Source of the DNA: Histomonas meleagridis 2922-C6/04-290x
Lineage: Eukaryota; Protista; Parabasalia
Length of the DNA stretch: 64,000 bases
Assembly: GCA_020184695.1 (NCBI GenBank)
Contig: JAANOX010000241.1
Span: forward strand, 186,001-250,000
Reading direction: 5' to 3'
Below the pieces are notes generated by a model. It was given only the letters and a program-made list of their open reading frames with translations, searched no databases and had not been told where the DNA came from. The translations under genes were made by a program, and so were the position numbers. Below are positions 21,344-32,366 of this stretch, piece by piece (positions within the stretch are counted from its first letter, which is position 1; the number at the start of each line of letters is the position of its first letter).

Positions 21344-23500
21344 ATGAAAGCAACAACTCAACCAAATCCGCTTGCAAAGCAATTAAATGAAGCGGGAAAA
21401 CTATACAACAACAATGAGTATGCTCGTGGCTTAAAATTTGTAAATAAGTTATTGAAAAAATACCCAGATAATGGAGAACTCATTGCTTGGAAAAGTCTTT
21501 TCCTTCAATTCACGAAACATAAAAAAGAAGCCATTGAAAACATAAATATTGCGATTCGTAAAGATATACGAAATCCTCGTGTTTGGAAAATCAATGGAAC
21601 AATTTTAAAGGAGCAAGGGGATTATCCAAAAGCTCTACAATCATTCACTCAGTCCTATAAAATGGATCCAAAAGATGAGTCAGTTCTATTTGATATTTGT
21701 AACTTACTTCTTTTTGAACGAAATTGGCCTTCATTCCTTGAACATTCCAGAAAGTTTGTTCAAACATCCACAGGGCCCAACTCCCTTGTAAGGTATGCAC
21801 TTGCCCTTCATATGAATAAGCGTACACAAACTGCAATCAATTTCTTAAATACATATGAAACCAATTTCTTACCTCCAAAAACTGATGATGAAAAATTATT
21901 CCGTTCAGAGTTGTATCTTTTCCATGCCACTATGATTTTAGAAATTGAAAAGTATGAAGATTGCTTAACTTATTTAGATCGTGTTAAAGCCAATATTTTA
22001 GACCATGAATCTGTTCTTGAGAAACAATTACAGTGTTATCTCAAGCTTAATCAAAAAGATAAAGCCATTCAAACAATTCATGAACTCATAAATGTATATC
22101 CAGAAAATGGCGACTATTTCAATGAACTTGAACGCTTACTTACTCCTGAAGAGTACATGAATGAACTTAAGACTATCAAAGAAAAGAACCATAGCCGTTA
22201 CGCTGAAATCAGAATCCTCGAATTGATGAACGTTAACGATCCACAATTTGAGAGCCTTCTCAAATCTTATTTGGTTCCCTACCTCGTCAAAGGAGCACCC
22301 CAAATTTTCACTACTTTACAAGAACTTTCTCCAGAAAAGCTTGAGGTAGCCGTTAAGATAGCAGAAGATGCAGAAGTACCACTTTCATCAGTTCCAATTG
22401 TTCATCTCTTCAAAGCTAATGTCTTAGCCTCTAATGGTAAATATGTTGAAGCAATTGAAGAAGTTAACAAAGGTCTTAAACATACACCAACATGTATTGA
22501 ACTTATAGCAACATTAATCCGATTTAATCGTAAAATTGGAAATATTAGTGCTTCAGTTGAATGCGGCAAAAATCTTTCTGAAGCAGATCCAGCAGATCGT
22601 AATTCCAACATATTATATGTTAATGCGTTATTACGATTTGGCCAACTAAACACAGCATTCAAGACTGCGTTACCATTTTCACTTGACTACAAACATAATC
22701 CCAAACTCACTCGTACCGAATTTAATGATTTCCATGTCCGTGTTGCAGATGCAGCATATCGCGCAAAAGATTATACCACTGCGAACAAGTTTTATTCGGA
22801 TGTAATCAAAAACTTTGAAGCATATCGAAAAGCACAATTTAATTATCTTTCATGGGGAATGCGACATATATCAGCGCTTTATAAAGTCATTAAATGGGAA
22901 GACCAACTTCATTCGCATCCAATGCTTGCACGTGCATCTGTTGGGTTACTTAAGATTGCACTTCTACAAAAGGATCTTAAGTCAGCACAAACAGTTGCAT
23001 TAAAGATGACAACAGCTACGGATAACTTAGCGCTTGCGTATGCAGCAGTATACTTCGCATTACAAAATGATTACATACCCGCACTTAAATGTTATATTAA
23101 AGTGAACAATAGTTCGAAATATATTTGCGATCCAGCTATAAAGAAAATGATGCAAAATGTTTCAAACGTTCCAGAGTTAGTCAAAGAAGTTATTAATGAA
23201 GTGTATAAACCTTCCGACGAAAAGTTCGAAAACACATTTAAGAATTGCGTTGCTGCCGGAAGAGGTAATGTTTTGATTGGGAATATCGAAGAAGCAAAGA
23301 AATTGTTACTAATGGCAGCAAAGGATTTCGAATATGGTTATAAGGAGGCGCTCGACTTGTACACAGTCGCAAAGAACGAAATGAACGATGACGAATTCGC
23401 AGAGAAAATCGAAAAGGAAATTAAGTCGAAATATCAAAGTTATCAACTTAAGTTCGAATACGAACCATTGGACGAAGTGTTTCTCGTGAAAAATAAATAA
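21344..23500 (+). CDS. NAA15: NatA N-terminal acetyltransferase auxiliary subunit (TPR)
   Basis: 718-aa ORF with YNNNEYARGLKFVNKLLKKYPDNGELIAWK, HTPTCIEL, DPADRNSN and QFNYLSWGMRH motifs typical of Nat1/NAA15. Confidence 0.85.
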   Translation: MKATTQPNPLAKQLNEAGKLYNNNEYARGLKFVNKLLKKYPDNGELIAWKSLFLQFTKHKKEAIENINIAIRKDIRNPRVWKINGTILKEQGDYPKALQSFTQSYKMDPKDESVLFDICNLLLFERNWPSFLEHSRKFVQTSTGPNSLVRYALALHMNKRTQTAINFLNTYETNFLPPKTDDEKLFRSELYLFHATMILEIEKYEDCLTYLDRVKANILDHESVLEKQLQCYLKLNQKDKAIQTIHELINVYPENGDYFNELERLLTPEEYMNELKTIKEKNHSRYAEIRILELMNVNDPQFESLLKSYLVPYLVKGAPQIFTTLQELSPEKLEVAVKIAEDAEVPLSSVPIVHLFKANVLASNGKYVEAIEEVNKGLKHTPTCIELIATLIRFNRKIGNISASVECGKNLSEADPADRNSNILYVNALLRFGQLNTAFKTALPFSLDYKHNPKLTRTEFNDFHVRVADAAYRAKDYTTANKFYSDVIKNFEAYRKAQFNYLSWGMRHISALYKVIKWEDQLHSHPMLARASVGLLKIALLQKDLKSAQTVALKMTTATDNLALAYAAVYFALQNDYIPALKCYIKVNNSSKYICDPAIKKMMQNVSNVPELVKEVINEVYKPSDEKFENTFKNCVAAGRGNVLIGNIEEAKKLLLMAAKDFEYGYKEALDLYTVAKNEMNDDEFAEKIEKEIKSKYQSYQLKFEYEPLDEVFLVKNK

Positions 23501-24177
23501 AAGTGAAGCTAATTAAATGAATGTTTATGTTTAGGATGGAAAAATTGTTATTGGAAGTTTAGAAGCGTTCAATTAGTAACTTTGAGTCGATGTTTGGCTT
23601 CAATTAATATGTTCAAACTTCATTTTTACATGAAATTCTTTTTATTTTGTAAAATTTAATCATTATGTACATATTAATTTGATGTACAACTGAATTTATA
23701 TGAATTTTTTTTTAGAAAATTCAATAATTTAATATATATATATATATAATTTTTGGAAACCCAATCAACAAATTTTCCTAAGATACGCCCGACTTTGAAA
23801 TATAATGCTACATATGTATTTTATGCACCCACTTCACAACAAATTTGATTACCTAAAAGTTGGCTGTTATGGTTCCCTTAGATTAAGGATTTAATATGCT
23901 TGTTAATAAAGATCAATCTAATTTGATGACAATTTTGAATTTGATCAAATAATTTACACTCAAGCATGGTTTTAAGATAGCTTAAAGAAATATAGTGACA
24001 TATATATTTCTCGTGTAACTTATAAGTTGTAATTCCATATTAATTTATTTTGAATTCTTTTTTATGAAAGAAGGACATGTCCCCATTAAAAATTCATTTG
24101 CTATGATTACATAACATATACGACATACAAATAACATAAAACAATTTAAATCTTTTATTATTTTAATTTTTGGAACA

Positions 24178-26132
24178 TTATACAACTTGTTCATGTATTT
24201 CTCTATCATTATTATCACCTGATTTCTCATGTATTTCTGTATCATCATCATTTGATATTTCATTTGTTTCTTTTTCATTATCTTCTGATTTTTCATGTAT
24301 TTCTTTATTATTGTTATCTGATTTTTCAGTTTCTTTTTCATTATCATTTGATTTATCATTTATTTCTTTATCTACATCAGAATCTGATATTGATTCTTCT
24401 TCTTCCTCTTCTTCTTCCTCGTCCTCATATTCTGTTGTATCAGGATCTGAAGATTCATCTTCGCTTGAAGAAACCAATCCTAATTTATGCAGTACTGACA
24501 TATTTCCATGCCTTCTTGCAACATCAATTGGAGTTTGAAAACAAACAAAAGAACGCCTCCTAAATCCTCAACTGTCAAATCCGCAGAACCTGTTTGCACA
24601 AGCACATCAATAATATCATATAATCCTGTTCTAGCAGCGATATGCATTGGAGTTTGAAACATAAAAATGAAACGTGAAATCTATCGGTTTGATTTACATC
24701 GAATTTTCCTGAATCAAGAAGAGCTTTAACAGTTTCTTTATCATCATTTTCAACAGCGAAATGAAGTGGTGTTCTAAAAGCATTAAATAAATTCCATATT
24801 TATCTTTAATCGATAAATCAATTTCGGATTTATCAAGAATCAATTTAACAGTTTCCGAATTACCAAATTGAACAGCTAAAAAAAGAGGCGTTTGACCTGT
24901 GACTTCTTTAACATTTACATTAATTTTATTATGTGATAATATGAACGAAATGAAATCATTTTTGCAATATGAAATTGCACAATGAATTGGATAATAGTTA
25001 AAATAAAGAAAAAAGAAACTTTTCCTTTTTGATTTATATTTACTCCATTTTCTAAGCAAAATAAAACAAGTTCCATATTCGATTGTGATACACAACAATT
25101 TAAAACTGTATCAAGTGTCGTGTCAAAATCATTTAGATCTTGAACATGATCATAATATAAATCAATAAATATATCATTTTGATAAAATGATGCAGCAGCT
25201 TGAAGAGTATGCTTGAAATTAACGCCTTTGGAGCGTAGAATACTAATAATTTCTCGATGACCACCTGCTACAGCAAATTGTGCAAGAGTTATTCCTTCAG
25301 GATTAGTTTTGTCAAGTTTGCACTTTTCGAGTAAATATGTGAAAATTTTTATCGCCCCATGAAATGCTGCAAATTGAATAACGGTGGGATCAGAAAAAGG
25401 ATATACAGTGTCTGTATATACAGTATGAGGAATTATTTGATTGATATGAAAATGTGATGTTCCTAAAATCATAAGAAAAGTATCAATATCATCTGACTTG
25501 ATGATTTGTGGAAGTGAAGATGGTTCATATGTATTAAGTCTTCTATCATTCAATAGCTCCCAGTCATTTTCATGGTAATGTTCAAACCCAAGAAGAAATT
25601 GTGATTCACTGGGTAATAAATCATCAACATTTTTTTTAAGATATTGGTCAATCCGAGCTTCAAAACTTTTAATTACTTGTGGATAATAAAGTTCAATTTC
25701 GGGCGCAAAGTATGCAATGATTGGAATGTATTGAGACAAATCAGTTCCAACATTATAAAGTGATCGAGATGCTTCAGCAATTTCTTGTGCAGTAATAAAC
25801 CCTTTGGTAGCAAGACAAATTATGAACCTTTGGCAGTTTAAAATAAATTTATCGAAAAGGAATGATTTCATTTCAATTATTGATTCATTTTCAGTTGCAA
25901 ATTTAATGTAAAGATCGGCAAGAAGTGAAATCTTTTCGTATCTTAAAGCAGCAAACTTTGTGATAAGTCTGGCTAATTGTTCATGATTAAATGATGATTC
26001 TAAAAATAATTTGTATGTTTCCTCGAAACTTTCATTAGTGATACGAAGGAGTTGGTCTTGTAAATGAGCAAGCTCTTTAGCATATTTTAGCGATTCTTTT
26101 GGAAAAAGATCGCTGAGTTCACATGACTTCAT
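24178..26132 (-). CDS. DUF3447-ankyrin repeat protein with acidic C-terminal tail, 628 aa after removing four 17-nt inserts
   Basis: ORF-track fragments (24915-26132, 24694-25098, 24480-24662, 24178-24501) join in frame when 25003-25019, 24776-24792, 24657-24673 and 24538-24554 are deleted: 1955-68=1887 nt=629 codons. Restored repeats read KGKFNYYPIH, KDKYGRTPLH, TDRFHQTPMH and EDLGGQTPID. Confidence 0.85.
24538..24554 (-). other. 17-nt intervening element 4 (GTTCTTTTGTTTGTTTT)
   Basis: Removal gives DLTVEDLGG|QTPIDVARRHGN and joins to the acidic-tail frame. Confidence 0.82.
24657..24673 (-). other. 17-nt intervening element 3 (GTTTCATTTTTATGTTT)
   Basis: Removal gives DVNQTDRFH|QTPMHIAAR. 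Confidence 0.82.
24776..24792 (-). other. 17-nt intervening element 2 (ATTTATTTAATGCTTTT)
   Basis: Removal gives LSIKDKYG|RTPLHFAVEND, which is canonical ankyrin spacing. Confidence 0.8.
25003..25019 (-). other. 17-nt intervening element 1 (GTTTCTTTTTTCTTTAT)
   Basis: Removal gives INQKGK|FNYYPIHCAI. The boundary is ambiguous: a 17-nt deletion 6 nt downstream gives KGKVS|YYP, also in frame. The GT-starting placement is preferred. Confidence 0.7.
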
Positions 26133-26378
26133 GAAATAAAATAAAAAAGCCGCGAATTGGGAATCGAACCAATGAACCCAATTAAAAGAATAATATTCAT
26201 TGATAAAAATATGTATGAACTATATCTTCCTCGAATTTTTTTTTAATATCAAAGCTTTTATTTCTATTGATGATGAAAATTATTTATTAAGATAAAAATT
26301 GTATATAAATTATCATTTGGAAAGCAATAAATGACCAATTTTTGATTCTAAAAAATGAATGTGTTGAATTTATCTATT

Positions 26379-28507
26379 AAACGTTTAATATAAACTCAAA
26401 GTTATTCATTATGTTACATTTTATTCATTCATTTAATCAACTTCTTCAACACGTGGTCCTGATGAATGTCCACTATTCGCTGATGCTCCACTTCCTCCTT
26501 GCATGTTCGCGCCTGGCATTCCGCCTTGTGCGCCACCTGCTGCATGTTGATAAGCTGATTGCATAATTGGCATCAGTTTGCCTTCGAGTTCCTTCTGTTT
26601 CGCTTCGATTGTAGCGACGTCTGCGTCTTGGTTTGACTCCATCCATGCGAGCGTGTCATTGATTTCTCTGTTGATTGTGTCCTTATCTGATTGTGATAAT
26701 GCGTTAGCGAACTGTTCTTGATTTAATGAGTTGCGTACGCCGAAGCAGTATCCTTCGAGTGCGTTCTTCGCTTCCACTTTCTTACGCACTTCTTCATCTT
26801 GTGCTTTGTACTTCTCTGCGTCTGCAACCATTTTGTCGATATCTGCTTGTGAAAGACGTCCTTTCTCATTCTTAATCGTGATCTTCTTCACGTTACCTGT
26901 CGACTTATCTTGTGCAGAAACATTCATAATACCATCCGCGTTAACATCGAATGTAACTTCAATCTGTGGTACGCCGCGTGGTGCTGGCGGAATACCTGTT
27001 AAATCAAATGTGCCAAGTAAGTTGTTGTCGCATGTTCGCGAACGTTCTCCTTCATAAACTTTGATTGTAACTGCAGGCTGATTATCTGAGAAGGTCGTGA
27101 AGACATTTGACTTCTTCGCTGGAATTGTCGTGTTACGTGGAATGAGAACTGTCATCATTCCGCCTGCTGTTTCGATACCTAATGAAAGTGGTGCAACATC
27201 TAACAATAAAATATCTTTCACTGTATCTGATGTATCACCTTTGATAATTGCTGCTTGCACTGCTGCACCATATGCAACTGCTTCATCAGGATCAACACCA
27301 CGGCATGGCTGCTTGCCATTGAAGAAGTCTTGTAACAATTGTTGAACACGTGGAATACGTGATGAACCACCAACAAGAACAATATCAGTGACATCGGACT
27401 TTGACATATTTGCATCTCTTAATACTTGTGCAACTGGTGTCATCGTCGATCTGAAAAGTTCATCATTTAAGTTCTCGAACATAGCACGTGAGATGTTATC
27501 CATGAAATCATGACCTTCATATAATGAATCACAAACAATGGATGCGGATGTGGCTGTGGATAATGTTCGCTTAGCTCGTTCGCATGCTGTTCGTAATGTA
27601 CGGAGTGCACGTGGTGATTGTCTTAAATCACACTTGAACTTCTTTTGGAATCGATCTGCAAAGTAATTAACCATACGATTATCAAAGTCTTCACCACCAA
27701 GATGTGTATCACCTGCTGTGGCACGAACTTCGAACATGCCGCCATCGATATCAAGTAATGAAACATCAAATGTACCACCGCCAAGATCAAAAATAAGAAC
27801 ATGACGCTCTTTATCAGATTTTTTTCATTAAGACCAAATGCAATAGCAGCGGCTGTTGGCTCATTAATAATACGTAATACATTTAATCCTGCAATAACAC
27901 CGGCATCTTTTGTGGCTTGACGTTGGCCATCATTGAAATATGCGGGAACTGTAATAACTGCATCTTTGACTTTGTCTGTAAGTTGACTTTCTGCAATTTC
28001 TTTCATTTTACCTAATACCATAGCTGAGATTTCTTCTGGATAAAATTGTTTCGTTTCGCCTTTCCATTGAACTTGAATCCTTGGACGATCTGCTTCTCCA
28101 CGAACAACTTTAAATGGCCAATGTTGCATATCTTTTTGAACAACTGGATCACTAAACTTACGTCCTATCATACGTTTAGCATCAAAGACTGTGTTTGTTG
28201 GATTCATGGCTGCTTGATTCTTTGCTGCATCACCAACAAGTCGTTCATCTTCTGTAAATGCAACATAAGACGGTGTTGTACGATTACCCATATCATTCGC
28301 TATAATATCAACACGATTGTGTCTGAAAACACCAACACAACTGTATGTTGTACCTAAATCAATACCTATAGCTGACATAATAAAAAAATGATGTTATGAA
28401 GGCATTTTTTGGTTGAGCATTTATTGATTCAATTTAAATATTCGACCATTTAATGTATTCAAAAAATTAAAAGGACGTTTAACACGGACTGCCCCAATAA
28501 GTAATCA
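26379..28507 (-). repeat. Left arm of a ~2.13-kb near-identical inverted duplication (Hsp70 plus flanks)
   Basis: The reverse complement matches 43280-45409 from the GATTAC..TGGGGCAGTCC promoter block through the 3' flank ending TATTAAACGTTT. Confidence 0.95.
26433..28378 (-). CDS. HSP70: Cytosolic Hsp70, copy A, with one apparent homopolymer frameshift (+2 A) near 27820
   Basis: [28 protein letters not shown] and C-terminal GPRVEEVD. The run reads A7 here and A5 in copy B. Corrected length is 647 aa. Confidence 0.95.
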
Positions 28508-28731
28508 ATCTTATAATAAAAATTAATACTTTATCTTCATGATTATGTTTTAATTCAGATTATATTTTATGTGACATTGAATTGAAAGATGCTTTTTTCT
28601 TATTTATATAAAAAGTTTGTGTATCATTTTGTCTGATAATTAATGATATGATTTTTTTTTAAAATATATTTTTAATATTTTTTTAGATCATTGAAGAAAT
28701 AAATTCATGTGACTTTTTTTCATGGGAGTCA

Positions 28732-29300
28732 TTGATTTATATCATAATTGGTATCTCTGTTACATATATTAGAAATAATGCATTTTCAAAATGTTCTAAC
28801 TTGAATACAGTTATCATTGGAGAATCATTAATTGGAAGTTATTATATTGGGATAATACTAATCAAACAATTTTACTTAATAATAGTTTTGCTCAATCGAA
28901 AATTATTCAAGGATACCAGTGACTTAGTAGAGAAAAGCAATTATTTCAAAGTTTTGCATTTCTTATTGTTCATCATTGATAAATATTAAAAATGCAAATT
29001 CAGTTTTAAAAGGAGACCATCATTTTCGTATTGCAATGAATATAAATGTATTTATTACACCTGATATGAATCACAATTTATAGGTTCAAATACATTTTAT
29101 AATATATTATGACATCGGAGTTATTCGAAACACAACATTTGGTACACTTAATGTATTAAAGGAGTATGTGTTAATGAATGTGTTCAATATCCCTGCCAAA
29201 AAACACGTTCACTAAAAATACATTTGCATAAATCAATAATACATTTACTTCATCAAATCAATTTTAATTCGAGAAAAGGAAAATAATAGTATTATAATAT
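28732..29300 (+). pseudogene. Highly eroded BspA-like relic
   Basis: IGISVTYIRNNAFSKCSNLNTVIIGES (LRR_5), followed by degenerate similarity to the MTS..TFGTLNVLK..EC and TFT stalk of the neighbouring BspA gene. Confidence 0.6.
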
Positions 29301-29841
29301 CGATAAGACTTATTTATTAATATATTACACTTGTCACAGAAATTAATGAATACTTTAAAACTGGATCTGAACGTATTATCAATTTTAATAATAAAAACCT
29401 TTATGCTCAAGTCGTGTTTGATGATTATTTCTGAAATATTAGGAGAACATCAAATTTAGTGGAGATGAATCCAGCAACGTGTCCATTTAATTGTTCTAAT
29501 AAAGTCACACTTTTTTCTGGAGCATTTTTTACATAATTTATAACTTTATTATTCATACGACTTTGACTTGGTAATAATATTGCAATATTATTATTTATAT
29601 TTCTATGTTATATTTTTTTCAAAAGCCTTTTAAATGTCGAAAATATTAATCATCTAAAAATACAAGATTAATGTATATCATTGACATTTTTTTATTTTTT
29701 AGTTGGTTAATAAAAAAATTTCAATAATAAAATCAACATTTGAGAATAGAGAAATTAAAACAAAATTTTGAATTTTGCGTAATTTCTTTATTTTGTTTCG
29801 TAAATACATTTCGAATTAAATATTAAATTTTTTCTAAGCAA

Positions 29842-32366
29842 TTATAATTGTGCCATAAATTTTTCTTCTTTGAAATCATCTGCAAATGGATCTTCTTCAA
29901 TATTTGTATTAGTTATCACAGTTGAAAATACATTTATTGTTTCGTTTTCATTTTCGTTTTCTGTAATTTCTGATGTTTTGTTTTGATTTCTATGACGAAT
30001 TATGTTTATAATAATTAATATCAATAATAATAATGATAACAATAACGCAAACAATAATTATAATAATTGTCGTCATTTTATTATTATCTTTCGTTTGATT
30101 TTCATAAATATTAATATATAAAAACAAGTTTGAATAATATTTATAATATGTCGAATAAATAATGATCGTATAATCATAATAAAGAATTTCTGTCGAAAGA
30201 TAAATATTTGTCGAATTAACAATAAGTAATGAATATGATTTCGTTTGTTTTTCATAAAGACTTAATGAATATGAAATTGAAAATGAATAAGTTAATAAAT
30301 ATGTAAATGATAATGTGATATTATTTAAAATTAATTCAGAAAATGTTTCAGATTTAGCAAATGAATTTGATTTCGTATATATATTCGATTTAGTAAATGG
30401 ATACGATTTAATAAATGTATTTGATTTAGTAAAAACATTTGATTTAGTGAATGTATTAGATTTAGTAAAAACTTTTGATTTAGTAAATGTATTAGATTTA
30501 GAGAATGCATTTGATTTAGTAAAAACTTTTGATTTAGTAAATGTATTTGACTTAGTAAATGTATTTGATTTAGTAAAAACATTTGATTTAGTAAATGTAT
30601 TAGATTTAGTAAAAACTTTTGATTTAGTAAATGTATTAGATTTAGTGAATGCATTTGATTTAGTAAATGTATGTGTTGCCCAAAGATATTGATCACATTC
30701 AGGTGTGGCTGTAACTTTTAATACACTCAGCGTTCCAAATGTTGATCCTTGATATAAATCTGATGTCATAACATTTTTTGCTGGCACACTATTGAAGGCA
30801 TTTGAACTTCCAGTTGGTGCTTCATTACCTGTGAAATATATACAATTTAAATTACCACACGCTGAAAATGACGAACTTCCAATTGACTCTACATTTTCGC
30901 CAATGATAACAGTTCCGAATTTAGTACATTGATAAAAAACAAATTGTTCAATTGTTATAACTGAATCCGGAATTATTATATTTACTAATGATGTACATGA
31001 CTGAAATGCAGAATCTTTAATTGTTACAACAGAATTTGGTATTGTAATACCCGTTAATGACGAACAACCATAAAACGAATTTTCTCCAATAGTTGTAACT
31101 AAATTTATATGTTTTATCTGTTAATCCGTATGGACAACAAAAAATCGTAGAATAATCTTTATTATAAAGAATCCCATCATTATCATTTGCAAAATAATTA
31201 TTTTCTACAGAAACTTCGAAAAATTGAATTTTCGAGCACATAAAAGTATCAGTAGCAATTGAAATAACTGATTTAGGAATTTTGATATTTGTTAATAATG
31301 GACAATAAGAAAATGCATAATCTCCAATAGTTTCTACACTTTCTCCAATAATAACTGTTTGCAATTTGATACATGCTTGACATATAAGTAGTCCAATTTT
31401 GGTGACTGAATCTGGGATGATAAGACTTGTTAATGCTGTGCAATTACAAAACACACAATTATCAATTGTTTTCACATTTTGGCCAATCGTTACTGTTTGC
31501 AACTTGGGACATCTAAAGAATGCAAAATCATCAATTAAAGTAATTGAATCCCCGATTTCAGCTGAAATTAATAAAGGCCATTCATTAAAACTGCTTTCTC
31601 TAATAGTGCTAACACTACCTCCGATTATAAGATGTTGTGCCAAATTTTCATATGTGCTTCTATCATTATATTCAGTCATAGTGAGAATACTAAGTGTTTT
31701 AGTTGTTGAATCATATTCTTCAAATGTTTGTGCAAAAAAGAAAACAAATAATAGATGAAGAATATTACGATGAAATTTTTCTTTATGATTGTTACTTTGA
31801 TATATCAATTTTGAATAAACAACAACAAATAATGTGACTAGCAAAACATTTGAAGAATTTTGAATGGATTGATATAAAATCGAAAAATATTTTTGAAAAC
31901 CTTTTGAAATTGGAGTAAACCCCATATTTATGCTGTGTATAGAATAATTAATAGATGAGATTTTTCGGTTATAAGAAAATAATGAATCTATTTCAAACGC
32001 CATAAATGGATTTTGATGTTGCATTGATAAGAAGGAACATAAAAAAATATCAAAAACTTTTGCGTCATTACTCATTCGATTATAACAAATAGAAAAAAAA
32101 TTCAAATCTTTAAGATGGAATAAAATTGAATGTTTTGTTCTAATTAATAATGAATAACAAAAATTAAGTAATTCAACATTCGAAGAAGATTTATTTTTAA
32201 ATTTTGGTGTATGGTGAAATACATTATTATTCGATGTTGATTCACTTAATTCGATTCGTAGGTATCCTATTAAGCATATAAGTGTTACGTGAAAGATAAA
32301 GTACCCATGTATAATAATGAGACTTTTGGAATCTTGAGCTAATTTTGTGAAAAAGGAGTAACACAT
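29842..32366 (-). pseudogene. Disrupted BspA-like surface protein (LRR_5 array, TKSNTF stalk, TM helix, DPFADDF tail), two frameshifts
   Basis: LRR_5 repeats at 31100-31620. An apparent ~8-nt deletion near 31100 turns YKF[PDS]VTTIGE into YKFSYNY. A second frameshift lies in the ATT-rich TM segment near 30030. The tail reads EEDPFADDFKEEKFMAQL*. Confidence 0.85.
30345..30670 (-). repeat. 18-bp coding tandem repeat, about 17 copies, (TKSNTF/TKSKVF)n stalk
   Basis: GATTTAGTAAA recurs at an 18-bp period. Confidence 0.9.

Noticed and set aside
24538-25019. Canonical GT-AG introns or IRE1/XBP1-type splicing for the ankyrin inserts
   Set aside because: No frame-restoring GT-AG pair or CTAAC branch motif keeps the TP(L/M)H motifs. 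No paired stem-loops with CNGNNG loops are visible at the boundaries.
24538-25019. Random sequencing indels as the sole cause of the ankyrin frameshifts
   Set aside because: Four events of identical length in repeat register, with an insert-free repeat as control, are unlikely from random error. An 18-nt true length would still leave unexplained hydrophobic 6-aa insertions. Not formally excluded without raw reads.
26140-26200. tRNA gene around GGTTCGATTCCC
   Set aside because: No acceptor stem, D arm or anticodon arm can be folded from the AT-rich flank. Kept only as a low-interest motif.
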